A stretch of DNA of 63,749 bases, counting the filler, from Phoronis australis (taxonomy: Eukaryota > Animalia > Phoronida): the NCBI GenBank assembly GCA_002633005.1. It is 4 parts of 4 records of this genome, joined end to end, with 100 filler letters (N's around TTAATTAATTAA, not from the genome) between each part and the next. Parts side by side here need not be neighbours in the genome. Positions count along the whole stretch, not along the records: positions 1 to 26,503 come from NMRA01001331.1; 3 more parts are not named here. One strand, written 5' to 3'. Positions within the stretch are counted from its first letter, which is position 1. Every line of letters starts with the position of its first letter. Positions 1-13,500 of the stretch are shown here, piece by piece. The translations under genes were made by a program, and so were the position numbers. The notes beneath the pieces are model-generated. The model ran no database searches. It was not told the DNA's origin and saw only the letters and a program-made list of their open reading frames with translations.

Positions 1-532
1 GAAGAGAAAAATCACACATCACCATCTGCTGCAAATCATACTACCGAGAGCATTTCGAAGCCACGTTGCTGTCATACTAATAAATTACTGAACTTTAATT
101 CCACTGAATTTGTAAGGTAGTGATCAATTCACCGTGTCCTCAATAAGAAGGGCACATATACTACACTGTAGGTCTCAATTAAAGATCCTGTCAGAGATTT
201 CAAATCAAATATGACAACAAACAATGTACATCAATTAAAGTTCTCAGAAACATGTTTTTCAGAGAAAAAAGTTTACATTCATTGGAAACCTTATTGCAAT
301 ACAATCTATTACTCTAAACTGATTCATATCCATTTGAAAATTTCTGAGAACAAGCTCCGGAGCATGAATTTCGAAAACAGAACTTCCTGGGTGGGTATTT
401 CTAGTACAATTTAGGAATCAAATGAAACATTAAGTGAGAATGAAGAAACAATCAAGTCAACACAATATTTATGCATTCAACAAATGTGAAAAATAAAATT
501 TAGATTCACCTGACAAGACACTAGTGACTTAC

Positions 533-3500
533 CTTTAGCATTTCTAACGGAGCTGTACCTTGACGCAAAGGTCTCAAATAGCTTATAATCATCAACATCT
601 TCAGTCAAATCTTTAACAAAGAGCGAATATTCAGGCCTGAAATTGAAACAGAGGGCGTAACCAAGAACTATTTGACCTTTTGAGAAAATCTTAGGCTAGT
701 AGCCACACATGAAGAGCAAAACAGAAATATTTCACAAATTCTAACCAGCACAGGGTAAGTGGATAATGCTTAACTAAAGAACACAATCCTCAAGCTACCA
801 AAAAAACACAATATATGTCATCCTAAAACTACCTTGAGGTGGTGATGTGGAAACAACATTTCTAAAATCTAGTGACCTACTTACACCAAGCTCTAGCCTG
901 TTTACTTTGGCATGACGTTTTCGGTCAGTCATAACTCCGACCACCTTCGGGTGTTTCAGCATTCTTAGAAGAACAAGCATGGGTGTACGGTACACTTAAG
1001 ATGGCCATCGATGGTGGTCTACAGCTTAGAGTACTGAACTCGTAATCTAAAGGTCACAGCTTGCGCCAAAAAAATACAAAAGTGCTCATCATTGACCACC
1101 ATGAGTGTACCACACACCCGTGCTAGTTCCTCTAAGAATGCTGTAATAGCTGGAGATGGCCGGAGAAATGACCGACCGAAAATGTCACGCCAAATTAAAT
1201 AGACCGGTAGACTTAATTTGTAAATGACGAAACCACAACATATTCAATAAATTAGTTATATCACTTTAGTGCTACTTTGGCAGATCAAAAATGGCCAACT
1301 TTACAGTCAAAGATAACACAAAAAAGAACAGGGTTCTGTTTCATGAAAAGCGACTCAAGACTGAAGCCAGAAGTTTCGTCTTACACTCAACAGTATTTCT
1401 GAACAAGAGCAACGCAGAGCGTTGAAATGCGCCCACAATTGCACCGCATACCGTATCCTTCTAGGGTTGTTTATTGGTACCATAAAGTGGCCAGTAGAGG
1501 GCATGTAGTATGTTGTACTTTGCAAAATGGAAAGGCATGGTCCTTGTCTCCTCAATAGGCTAGGGGCAAAACGTGAGTAATCTTCATAATACAAGCACAT
1601 GCTATACACCTGTTGCTTAAAGCACCACAGAAACATAGAATTAAAAACAAATTTACCAACATACGAGATTAGCACAGCATTAGAATGCCAGAAACAAATT
1701 TCTACTTGGAACTTTTCCTTCATAGTCACGAAGTAACACAAAGTACACAACTGAAGAAAATACAGAGGTCAATGTAAAATACTAAAATTGCCACTAGAGG
1801 CAAATACTAAAATTGCCACTAGAGGAATACTGGTAGTCAGAATCATCCTAAAGTCGTCATCGTCCATTGTCAACATCACATAAATACACTTGCTAAATTT
1901 AGTAAAGATCCTGCAAACGGTTTGGGAGATACAGCCATGGGCGCAAAAAAAAAAAAACTACCACTAGGAGGCGCCACAGTAGTCCAAATCATCTGAAAAT
2001 CATTGTCAGCTGTCTTCCTTATAGTAAGCACATACACGCCAATTTTCACAATCATCCTTTGAGCGGTTTGGTTGATAGAGGGGTGGACGCAAAAATACAG
2101 ACTCGAAAACAGTAAAAATGGCCACTAGGTGGCGCAAACTATGTCGAATCCATCTGAAAACAGGAGGATAGCGTCATCTCACTAATAGGTGCCTACATAC
2201 CAAATTTCATGAAAATCCGTTAAGGACTTTTGAAGATACAAAGGTAAGCGTAAAAAACTAAAATTGCCACCAGGGGGCACACCGGTAGTCGGATCCGTCC
2301 AAAAGTCGTCATCTTCCGTTGTTAACATCATATAAATATACTTACACAATTTCGTAAAGATCCTGCGAACGGTTTAGGAGATACAGCCATAGGCGCAAAA
2401 AAACAAAACTGCCACTAGGAGGCGCCACAGTAGTCGAAATCGTCGGAAAATCATCGTCAACCGTCCTCTACATAGTAAGCATATACATGCCAATTTTCAC
2501 AATCATCCTTTGAGCGGTTTGGTTGATAGAGGGGTGGACGCACAAAAACAGACTCGAAAACACTAAAAATGGCCACTAGGTGGCGCAAACTATGTCGAAT
2601 CCATCTGAAAACGGGAGGATAGCGTCATCTCACTAATAGGTGCCTACATACCAAATTTCATGAAAATCCAATAAGGACTTGTGAAGATACAAAGGTAAGC
2701 GTAAAAAAATTAAAATTGCCACTAGGGGGCACACCGGTAGTCGGATCCGTCCAAAAGTCGTCATCTTCCGTTGTTAACATCATATAAATATACTTACACA
2801 ATTTCGTAAAGATCCTGCGAACGGTTTAGGAGATACAGCCATAGGCGCAAAAAAAAAAAAACTGCCACTAGGAGGCGCCACAGTAGTCGAAATCGTCGGA
2901 AAATCATCGTCAACCGTCCTCTACATAGTAAGCACATACATGCCAATTTTCACAATCATCCTTTGAGCGGTTTGGTTGATAGAGGGGTGGAAGCACAAAA
3001 ACAGACTCGAAAACAGTAAAAATGGCCACTAGGTGGCGCAAACTATGTCGAATCCATCCGAAAACGGCAGGATAGCGTCATCTCACTACTAGGTGCCTAC
3101 ATACCAAATTTCATGAAAATCCGTTCAGGACTTTTGAAGATACAAAGGTAAGCGTAAAAAACTAAAATTGCCACTAGGGGGCACACCGGTAGTCGGATCC
3201 GTCCGAAAGTTCGCACATGCCGTCCCATTCATGAATGGAACATATGTGCCAAATTTCATGAACGTATGTCAAAGGGTTTTGGAGATAGAGCAGCGGACGC
3301 CGGACGCCGGACGCCGGACGGACGCCGCCCGGACGGACGGACGGACGGACGGACGGACGGACGGACGGACGGACGGACGGACGGACAGAGATGACGGCAT
3401 AATGCGTCCACATATAAATATGTGGGCGCATAAAAATTGTTTTTTCACATTAGGAAAAGTACAGGGTCTTTGAAAATGTACTCCTAATTGTTTCTAGTAG

Positions 3501-6500
3501 CTCAGATGATTTGTAACAACTATTATGGTGGCAAAATGCTAATTACATAACACCTTGGCTGCCATACTAACTTTCATATCAATTCCCTTTCATTCTTGGT
3601 CTGACGTGAGGGAAGACTACTCAGATGGTGAATTTGGCTTCCACCCAGCTGCCACGACTAGGAATTTCATGCCATTTTGTCTGCTGCCGGGTACTGAAGC
3701 TATTGCTTTAAATTAGTTACTTCAATTTTTGTCTGTTCTGTTTGCAAAGTAGCAATATTAGCACTAGACTGACCCAACCTACATGAGATCAGGGCAGTTA
3801 TGAAGTGTATTTGTTTGAACAGAAAACTTGAGGACATTCCAGAAAGTACCAGCATATTAGTACCGGCCAACTCAAGAGTTCATCGCAAGTCAAAGCTGGG
3901 TCATAAGAACAGACATTACGTTGGATATTTTGTTTGAGCAGACTTGTGTATGTTTAGTCATTGACAAGTAATAAAGTAACTAAATTGAACCAGTCACAGT
4001 TTACGATCGCACTGAATGCTATTAGCACAGGTCAACACAGGTCAACGACGACCCGTACCAATCCATCTACTGGGGACAATGTGATGATGATAAGTAGTGA
4101 AAAAATTCCCAAACTACATGTACTGTATACAACAATCTAAGGTCTGAATATTCAAAAGCATAAATCCAGATACTTTCAAAATGTATCAACTTTCATACAA
4201 ACCATGAGCATCAGTCTATAACTTGAAACTGCCGTGGCAATCAAAAGCATGAATCTAATTTTTGTTTTTTAAGAATATCACCCTATAACACTACTTGAAA
4301 TCGTCTGGATATTTATAGCCATAAGCCTGTTTGTTAACCTGCCCAGGCAAGGCCTACGGACAGTATTACATTCTTGAAAAACTGGAACAATATTAGTAAC
4401 TTATGAGTTAAAACAAGTCACACTGAAAACTTTATGAGTCACTTACACAGACAAGTGTTCACGACCGTAACTTGCATGGTTTAACTTGAACCGAACAGGC
4501 TGAAAAAAACAGATTATTTATAATAGCATAGCAATAAATGAGAACCAGTTTATTAATGTGAAAGCAGGAAGACTCACTGGTATTGCACGGTGATACCAGG
4601 CGATGACTTGTGTCGACTCACAAGACACCTATAGTAGCCGCTTTTAAAGCGATCCAGTGCCCAGTTGCATGAAACAGTCCTAAATAGAGACTGAACTAAG
4701 TTCCCTAAATTTTCTGCGCATTTTTTTTGTTCTTTACTCACAGATATAAAATTTTCCTATCATTTTATTTTTATTATGAGCTCCTCTTTGGCTAGTGACA
4801 TTTTCCAATAACTAGGAACTGAGACCTTAATTCAGACAAAATAAATAGGGGTTTAGCTTTTAAATTAGATCCCAACTTATTGTCAATAATATTGAAAATT
4901 CAACGTAGCGATTACTCTCCGTTTGTATCGAAGCCAAAAATTGACTTAGTAATGAGACTCAAACAGCATAAGAAAGGACATTCAGTGTTTTCGCAAGCCC
5001 ACAAAGATGCAGTAGATTTAGGGAACATAGTTGAGTCCCTATATGCGACTGTTTCATGCAACCAAGCACTAGGGTCTGTTTAATGAAAAATGACTGGAGA
5101 TTCAGGACAGAAATTTGGTGTTGCGTACCCCACAACTATTTCTGAAAAATAACTTCAACTCACTTTCACAAAAGGCAAAGCGTGTTCTCAGTTCGACAGT
5201 GGTACCACAAACAGAGTTAATAGGATATAAACACTCTACACTCTCCAATGTTATACTCATCATTTCTTGCCCTTACTTTATAGCAGTGGGTCGCATCGGG
5301 AGGTTTTAAGTCAAGACATTTTGACAAATAAATCATGACTTTACAAGACAGTTTACTACAGTTGACTATTCAAAAGTCATTTAGTGTGGCAGTCCCAAAA
5401 ATGTACACAGGAATTATATGAAATAAGAGCACAGGGGAATTGTATTATTGAAAACTAATGGTGGCTTTCTAATTTCAAGTTATCCCAAATTTTGATTCGC
5501 AAGGCACAGAAGTTTTATCATTGCGGAAAGAAAAATGACGCATTTTCAGACCAAATGCAACCAACATTCATATGCTGTCCAGAATGACAATTTATTTCTC
5601 ATTAATTAATATGCTCAGGACCTGCACAGAGTTGCTTTCACATGGTGAAAAAACACAACAATCTTCGTTCCTTGAATTAGTCATTTTTTTCTAACCTTTA
5701 AACCTTACAATACAAACTTTGGGTTCCTCCGAATGAAAAACCTGATTAGGTCCCAGTAGAGTAAATTTCTGGTACTCATATTACAACCTAGTTCACGTAC
5801 ATGTTAGGGAAACCCTGCAAACAACGAAAAATTGGTTGTCTCTAAACCGAATTCAGTGATAACAACAAAACTTTTTCTAACCTTTAAACAAGTAAATATT
5901 TTACTCTAAACTCACTCAATAGAACAAATTACAAGTCATACATACGGGATTTGTCATTGGAACGATTTTATTGTTCAGTTTCAACATTGTGTGCAGTGCA
6001 GTCTTTTCATCGGTCAAGTCAACAAAACAATAGGGGGCAGCACTCCTGAAATAAATGTACCAATAACAGCTCAACAATAAAAAGCAGAGGCTAAAATAAA
6101 ATGTATCTATTTTGAGAAGCCAGTCTGTAAATTTGAAACAGAAATGGAACTATTTGGTCATTGAGGCTAATAGAGACTTTTGAAAATAGATATGGCCTTG
6201 TCTAAAATAAAAAAGGTGAACATTGCACTTAATTATAACAAATTTAATGAAAAAGCTTCTAAAGGTAGAGAGTAGACATTTTCTCAACAAATGGCAAATT
6301 TTTCTAATCTTTGAAACAATTTTGTTCTTAAAAAACAGCTCAGAATGAAACATACCAAAAATCTGTCAGAAACGGGTAATACAACACTGTGTAACATGCA
6401 GTCAGTCTAGATTAGTTTTCCACTGACTTCATTACATAAGGCATGAGAAAAACGTTACATACCTAACAGTCTACGCGATTCAAATTTGAAAGATGGATAT

Positions 6501-9500
6501 TTGAAATACCTAAATCCCTGTAGCATTTTTGCTGAAAAACGTAGGGTTTTTCAAGAAAACTTGACTCTGGCATAACTTCTATGGATACATTTGAAATGTT
6601 TCCTGAAGTGTATTTTTAACCATTTCGCTGAGCACCCAAGGAAACGCAGTTAAAGGAGACCCCACTATCCAGAGTCTATAGCCCAAGTGACAATGCTCAG
6701 ATCTACTGAAGCACCTCTGAGTCATAAAATTCCCTAAAATTGCAAGCATTACTGGACTATAATTAGCAAAAAGTATCCACTTACATCTATCTCACAAATA
6801 TCACGCCCTTGATACATAATTGAATTTATTAAATGCATTTTACTGATGCCTATGACTATGATCGGATAGCATTTAATGGACTAAACCTTGATCCCAAGGT
6901 TTCATTTCGCTTGCTTGAACGCAACACAGAATTAAAGATCATGCAGACTGCATTTTGCAGATTTTCAATATTACATACACATACATGTAAAGTGAAGAGT
7001 TCAAAACTATGACCTTAATTGTTGATCATAAGCCCATTTGGCATTCAATTATGATTTTACAGATATTTCTCCAATTAAAAACTGAAGATAACTGTAAACC
7101 AGTTCGTGAATTTTTCAAAAATTCAATATTCACATATCGTACAAGTTACACCTATATTTTTCACTGCTACTGTAAGCATTATTTATCTGCTAAATATGCA
7201 AGTTATCTGGGACCATTTCAATTATGTGACAAATCTTTATTGGCCACTTTCAGGCTTCTGGATTTTCGGTGCTTTAAGCAGTTTTGATAATCGATTATTA
7301 CTTAATTCGCAGGAGGTTGAGATTGAGAACATTGCTTTTATGATTCCGATTTATTTTCCTTTGAGCATCATAGATATCAGCCATGAAGAATGAAGACTTG
7401 CGATGAGGTTTGAAAAAGGCACTTTGATGGATAATGTCCAAGAATAAACAAAAATCTGAGACACCGTTGCTCTCAGTTAATTGTAGTTTTGGAATTTAAT
7501 GTTTGAAGCAAAAAAATTAATTCTCACAAAAAACGCGGAGTTCATGCGATTACATACGATTGCATGATGTTTCATGAAATAAAATAAAAGTCTTTTCAAT
7601 CATTGAGGATTTAATAAACATACTTTCAAGGTTTGAACAGGAAAAGTTAAAAAGTTATTTGATGAAATGTGAAAGGACTTCACAAAGCTTGAACATCACT
7701 TTAATGCCAGACATTTAGTTCACCAAATCTTCTTGATAGTTACCAGAGCGTTAAAAAGAACACAATTCAATGTAACTTTTATTTTCAATATTTTCTTGGT
7801 GTTATTTCTCATTATCATACTTTAATTAACTAAATCAATCATTGCAGCTTGTGTATCATACATATATAAGCCTCGATATAATGATACATTTTTGGGCTTA
7901 ATTCTTCGCACTGTTAGTGCATTGCATTGTCTTATATTTGTGTTGCAATAAAGATACAATTCTGAATGAACGCATGTGCACTTACTCATTTTTTCGTATC
8001 ATTTTTACTTTCTTCACTTCAACGCCCATCTGCTCAAATGCTGTGATGATAAACATTTCATGCATATAAGGTTCCAACTAAAACAGAAGATTCAGGAAAT
8101 AACGCATCAACTTTCAGGCAAACAAATAAACAAATAGTTCAATGTTGTCAGCAGATAGTGGTTCAAACAAACAACAGTTGAGTATGGTAAAATCTCATCA
8201 ATTTCGAACAAAATAATTGCCAAAATTGAACTTTTTTATTTTTCAAGGGCTTCTAACATTGTTGTGAAAACCCAAAATTTTTCAAAATATTTTTGTTGGT
8301 AGTCATGGTTACGGTACAGAACTTAGATTTCGCAAACCATCAACCTACCTGGTAACTTTATAACATTCGTGAAAAAATGAGGTGAGAAATTCCACCTGTC
8401 CAGCAAGTTGCATCCTAAATTGGTCACCATACTGACTAACAAGTCACAAATTTTAAGATTATTTACTCACATGCTAAAGCACAAGTAATAACACCTTAGC
8501 CTTCATAACAAATTCGAATGGTTTGGCCAACAGAGGAGTCAGACAGTGCAGGATATGTGGCAGGCTTTGGCAAAATTTGTTTTTGACAATCCAATACATA
8601 TAACAATGAATGAACAGTACGACATGAAAAACATCGAACTACATTCACAAAATAACACTTAGCACCAAATTTTGCTGTTTGTGAATAAGCATCAACATTT
8701 TTCATCTACTCACGTAATTGCATAATGGACAAAAATGTGAGACACAACCCAAAAATTCTGATATTCATGTTAAAGCAACTACAATCCCACATTCCATCCA
8801 AAAAGTTACTCTTCATTTAGGCCACCAATACTACTGCAATATTGGGATGAACTTGTTCTTTTCTCAGGTGAGAAATGATTTCTGAGAAGTGACACTTCAT
8901 TATTCACCCATGCTTGACATATGATACACCACCGCAGGCCAATTTGAAGCTGAGCCTGATTTCAGACAATAACTGTCAATTCTTTCAAAATACTGAAATC
9001 ATCTTTAGATGGAAGAAAGACCAATTTCATAATGGTCAGTGGTCAGGAAGGCCGTGGGTTCATGTAGCTGCTTAAACAATGGTTTAATGTTGTGCACAAA
9101 CACTGATTAACCAGTAGCGCACTCTGTAGACACAACGAGGAACTCATGAACAAGAGAACATGCAAGTGAGGCCTAGACAGGGTCTCCCATCAGTGCTGCC
9201 TCCTCTCAATATGTCTGGCAGACAGATGACCTCTTCATAACCCTCTGCATGTTTTTGTTTGACCTAGGCCCCACTGACTCTAATTTCCTTTGCAGAATGA
9301 ACATTTATCTGTACTGAAATGATTTAAAGACAATTGCTTCCAAAGCTGTCCACATACACTGGAAAGGTAATGCACAATAGCAGCATTTTGATAGTTTAGC
9401 TAGGATAAAATGAAACATGCAGAAAATCTTCCAGAATACTGATTAGCATACCACTTCCTAGTGTAGGCCAGTAAAAGTCTAGTAAGTGGGTCTTTCTTCA

Positions 9501-10261
9501 AAATGACTGCCGAGAACATGTTTTCACTGAATAATAGCAATGGCCATAATTTAGTGAAACTGTCAGCCATTTTCAAAAAGGACCCGTTTACTTAACTGTT
9601 ACCGTGTAATCCTACTCTGATAGCAAACATGCGGCCACTCAAGTAATATGTCGGTGAGACTGGAACACTCAAGTAATACATCGGTGAGACTGGAACACTC
9701 AAGTTATATGTCGGTGAGACTGGAACACTCAATTGTGAGACAGAGTTTACTGTTTCCATTCCAAAAGTAAAGATTTCTTGCCGTGGCAGTATTCGGATAG
9801 ACGGGTCCCCGATTTAAAATTGATTTGAGAACCTGTTACTACCACTGGATAATGGTCATTGTTCAGTGGGAGTAACTAGTTCTCAAATCAGGGACCCATA
9901 TATTCGACTATTACCCTCGCGGCAAGTACTTTGGCTGTTCTTGTCTTCCGTCTGCACAACGCACTATTGCCACTGCCACCACAGGCACCTTTAACCAGGT
10001 GCTCCTCATCGCATTATAATATATAGAACCTTCTACCTATTATAGTCTACCGTGGAGCAGCTGATGAAAGTGCCTGTGCTTCAACAGGCACTGCACAAAC
10101 TCAGACTCAGAGTGTTGGCAAGAAGCTTTACTAACATGAGCCAGGCAGGATCAGTATAAATAAGAATGACAAAAACACAACATATGTGAAGTTAAACCAT
10201 GAAACCAAATTAAAAATAATACATCGCCCATCCAAATCGTCGAAGGACTCATTGACGACAT
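533..10261 (-). CDS. TRNAU1AP: tRNA selenocysteine 1-associated protein 1 (SECp43)-family RRM protein, 5' part (exons 1-5; continues beyond window start)
   Basis: GT-AG exons in consistent phase: 10223-10261 (MSSMSPSTIWMGD), 7986-8077 (LEPYMHEMFIITAFEQMGVEVKKVKMIRKN), 5946-6045 (SAAPYCFVDLTDEKTALHTMLKLNNKIVPMTNP), 4447-4499 (PVRFKLNHASYGREHLS), 533-636 (PEYSLFVKDLTEDVDDYKLFETFASRYSSVRNAK). These match the TRNAU1AP motifs WMGDLEPYM, YCFV, RFKLN, PEYSLFV. Confidence 0.9.
893..1210. mobile_element. MITE with ~50-bp imperfect terminal inverted repeats
   Basis: tttggcatgacgttttcggtcagtcat..ccgaccacc (~906-946) is the reverse complement of ggagatggccgg..atgaccgaccgaaaatgtcacgccaaa (~1153-1194). 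No clear TSD. Confidence 0.6.
1402..3437. mobile_element. Non-autonomous Helentron-associated element (HINE; pearl/Tsp/DINE-1-like) with internal satellite array
   Basis: Begins AACAAGAG. The subterminal IR atgcgcccac (1427-1436) pairs with gtgggcgcat (3422-3431). Terminal hairpin atgcgtccacatat-aa-atatgtgggcgcat followed by aaaaa. (GGAC)n microsatellite ~3294-3386. Tandem core repeats ~1780-3200. Confidence 0.8.
1780..3210. repeat. Higher-order tandem satellite, ~451-453-bp unit of three ~145-161-bp subunits, ~3 copies
   Basis: The anchor ccactagg recurs at 1961, 2122, 2267, 2412, ~2573, ~2719, 2865, ~3025 and 3171. Every third subunit is near-identical. Confidence 0.9.
4657..5069. mobile_element. 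MITE with ~23-bp TIRs; related end at ~61858
   Basis: gtgcccagttgcatgaaacagtc ... gactgtttcatgcaaccaagcac. A homologous gttgcatgaaacagtcctaa..gttccct sequence starts at ~61858. Confidence 0.7.
9636..9741. repeat. 30-bp minisatellite, ~3.5 copies
   Basis: cactcaagtaatatgtcggtgagactggaa repeated in tandem. Confidence 0.9.
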
Positions 10262-10591
10262 TTTACACGGCCAGCTGGTGCTTGCAACGAGCAAGCAACG
10301 TTTCGTGCGACTTTTTATTGTACACTACAACACATCCGGTTGTGTACATTCACAAAATCAAGTGACGTCATCCACGAAGAACGTAATAAAAGCTGCAGTG
10401 GCCCCAAAACTCATTGTTTATAGTTTGTATGTATACCAGTAAAATATAGAATTCTATAATTAACATATGTCAGCGACAATAAGTATCTATTTTGATGAGA
10501 AACGATATTTTCAAAAGGTGAGGCGAAACGGTTGACCACATGCTATGACGTACTACACAAACACATGTTTTTAGGAACACAACGGTGACTG
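10262..10591. promoter_or_regulatory. Putative bidirectional promoter / shared 5' region of TRNAU1AP-like and PAK1IP1
   Basis: The two divergent ATGs (10261 - and 10592 +) are only 330 bp apart. A perfect CRE palindrome TGACGTCA lies at 10363-10370. Confidence 0.65.
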
Positions 10592-13500
10592 ATGGCCGTG
10601 AATGTTACCGTCGGAACCTATGAAGAGCTGATCTTAGGATATTTGTTGGAGCAGAATGATGGGGTATGAATTGAGTGGTAATGACGGGACGCATGACATG
10701 TCTCTGTAAAATCCTGCAGACAGTACATCACGACACAAAGTCAAAAGATCAGCAACTTGCTGACTGACTGCTCAGTGGCTCAGTGCTAGCAGGATTCAAG
10801 GCATTCAAGTACAGGCTGACCACAGGCGTCCTTGGGCTTGGCACTGGTCGGATATAGCGGTCTCTGATTTTGAGATTCAGGGAATTACTGAGTAATGGAC
10901 GCATTATTCAGTAGATGAAAATGGTTCTAAAAATCGAACTGCATATCCGACCAGTGCTGGCGTCCTTAGTGTTGTGGGCTGCCCTTACCATATTATTCTA
11001 ATGTACTATATGCTTAGAAGAAGGCTGCTTATGTCAACTTTAATCCACAACTGGTCCTGGAAACAGTGAATAGCTGTGGAAGTCACAATATGAAATTCGT
11101 CAGGAAAGTCTTGAAAACGTGTGTTGCCTGTCAGAAGGTCCAAGTACAAAGAACGAGTTACCAAAACTACTACTACTAGAACAGCTTACCTCAGTTCAGT
11201 TTCCCTCAGTCCACTCTGAACAGGCCTTCATGCAGCGTAGGTCCTGGTCGTCCATTTAGACGCCCTAGCACTATTCTGGCCGCCCTAGCAAGGAAGCCCA
11301 ATGTATCATGTGGACGCTCTGTCAATCAGAATTTATCCTTTGAACACCCACATTGTAAGATTACTAGGACACCCCAGTTAATGAAAGAGAGAAGTTGGGC
11401 CTTTGGACTCAGAAATAAATATATGATGTATATAAAATGTATATAAAATGTTACAATGTTCAAACTATTTTCAAAGTATTTAGTAGACCTGTCAATCATA
11501 AGCATGTGTTTAGTTGCCAGAGTCTCTGCCATAGACATCTTAGCATCATTTGCATTTTTCTTGTGTTGGTAACTGCTGCAGCTTTGTTGACCCCATTTTG
11601 GAAACCTTATTTTCGAAATCCTGGATAAAGCCCTGACTCTACAAACTACTGCACACAAGCTAATAGTACAGATATACATGTATGTACACAGTGACTAACC
11701 CTGCTCCTAGTTTTCACTTGTTCGTGCTCAATCCCCTACAGTCGGAAGACTTAGATTTAGGAAAGGAGATTAGAAGAACTTTGAAATACATTATCGATCA
11801 AATTTCTTTTAGAAATACAGTCTGCGACAGCTCTTCACTGACCACAGCCATGTGGGGTCAGTGAGGTGTCTTCATGTTTCCAAACAGGGTGTCCTGGCCT
11901 CTGGGAGTTCAGATGAGACTATCCACCTGTTCAACCTCAAGTCTAATGTAGAACTCGGCTCACTGCTGCATCACCAAGGTGGGTTGTTAAAGTTCTATGC
12001 TATGTCTCATTACAACCGTGAATATTATAATTTGTAGCAGGTGCCACCTAGTGACTTCCTGGAGAACTGTGTGTGCAAGTATAATCAGGAAAAGAAACAA
12101 AAAATATATTGTGGTTTTAAATAAACACTAATGAATTGGTACACTTAGAAACAGTTTTGAATAAAAAAACTAGTAATTTTAAACATGCAATCGTTATTTG
12201 ATAGTGAAATAAACAAATAAAAATATGTGCACGAAAACAACAACGGATTTAAAACTTGACATGTTTCGGTGTCATTTATTAAACACCATCCTCAGAAGTC
12301 ATAATACAGTGGCCACCTAGCTAGGCCCAGCAACAAGTAATGAAGCACAGATACAGTCAGTTACAGGGAGTGACAGTGAACTATACCAACAATGACAACC
12401 TGTGGTGTGTCAGTTGCCTATATGTGCCGTTTTTACTTAGGGCAACAGTGAAATATGTCCATACTTATTTACTTAGATATAGACTTGCAAAACCAGACTT
12501 TGCGAGATTGTAATGGTAACCGGTTCTTGGATGGTTTCCAGTACACTGGAGGACCTGGGGTTGTTTGAAAATTGGTAACTTCATTTGCATATTCATAACT
12601 TAATGAGACTATGCATCTTTAAGTTCATTCAGCATGGTAAGTCTCATTTTAGCTGTAAATCTCAGGAATTTCTGAAATATCATGCTACAATATTCAAGCT
12701 AATGAATTTTGTGATTAGCTTCAATGACCAGGAAGCAGAGTTGACTGTTAACTTATTGCAATATTTACTCTTTGTGCTCTGTTGCATGTTGCCACGCAAT
12801 AGGTTAACTAGGTTTAAGTTAGTGCAAAATATTCTCGGAGTACTTGTTTCTGCCATCTATCACCTCTGAAGTATGCAGAGATTTATCCATAGGGGAAGGT
12901 ATCCCGGTTCTGCTGAATATTTTTTTTTTTTTAAATTTTCACAGACATCAGGAACACTGTTTCATCCCGCTATTTCGTATAACTCCACATACTAAACAGT
13001 GGTATTTCCTCAGAGAATATTTTCATGAACATACTTGTTATTAGAAATCGGATTCTTGATTGTATACAAAATACACCCTAAGAATTTTACTGTCAGTCAA
13101 CAGTTTGTATCGTGAGAACTTGTGAGCTCGTGAACTTCCTTGTTGTACAGGGTACATCAATAGTCCCGAGTTCCATGACATATCTCACTTGTTGTACAGG
13201 ATGCATCAGTTGTCTCAAGTTCCATGACGTGTCTCACTTGTTGTACAGGATGCATCAGTTGTGTCCAGTTCCATGACATGTCTCACTTGTTGTACAGGGT
13301 GCATCAATAGTCTCCAGTTCCATGACATGTCTCACTTGTTGTACAGGGTGCATCAATGGTCTCCAGTTCCATGACACCTCTCACTTGCTGAGTGCCAGTG
13401 AAGATGGCAAGATATGCCTGTGGCAGACCAGTGACTGGCAATGCGTGAAAACTCTCAAGGGACACAAGTACGTTCACTTTTACCATCTTGGCGTAACTGA

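Noticed and set aside
3168-3473. ORFs with RTDG / RPSV repeats
   Set aside because: Translation of the (GGAC)n microsatellite in the Helentron-like element.
6463-6509. Possible 47-nt poison exon in TRNAU1AP intron 2 (ag|...|gtatgt on minus strand)
   Set aside because: Splice-like dinucleotides are common in AT-rich introns and there is no other support.
9636-9741. CRISPR-like appearance of short repeats (also the 13139 and 27396 arrays)
   Set aside because: Head-to-tail tandem units with no unique spacers and no cas genes, in eukaryotic introns.
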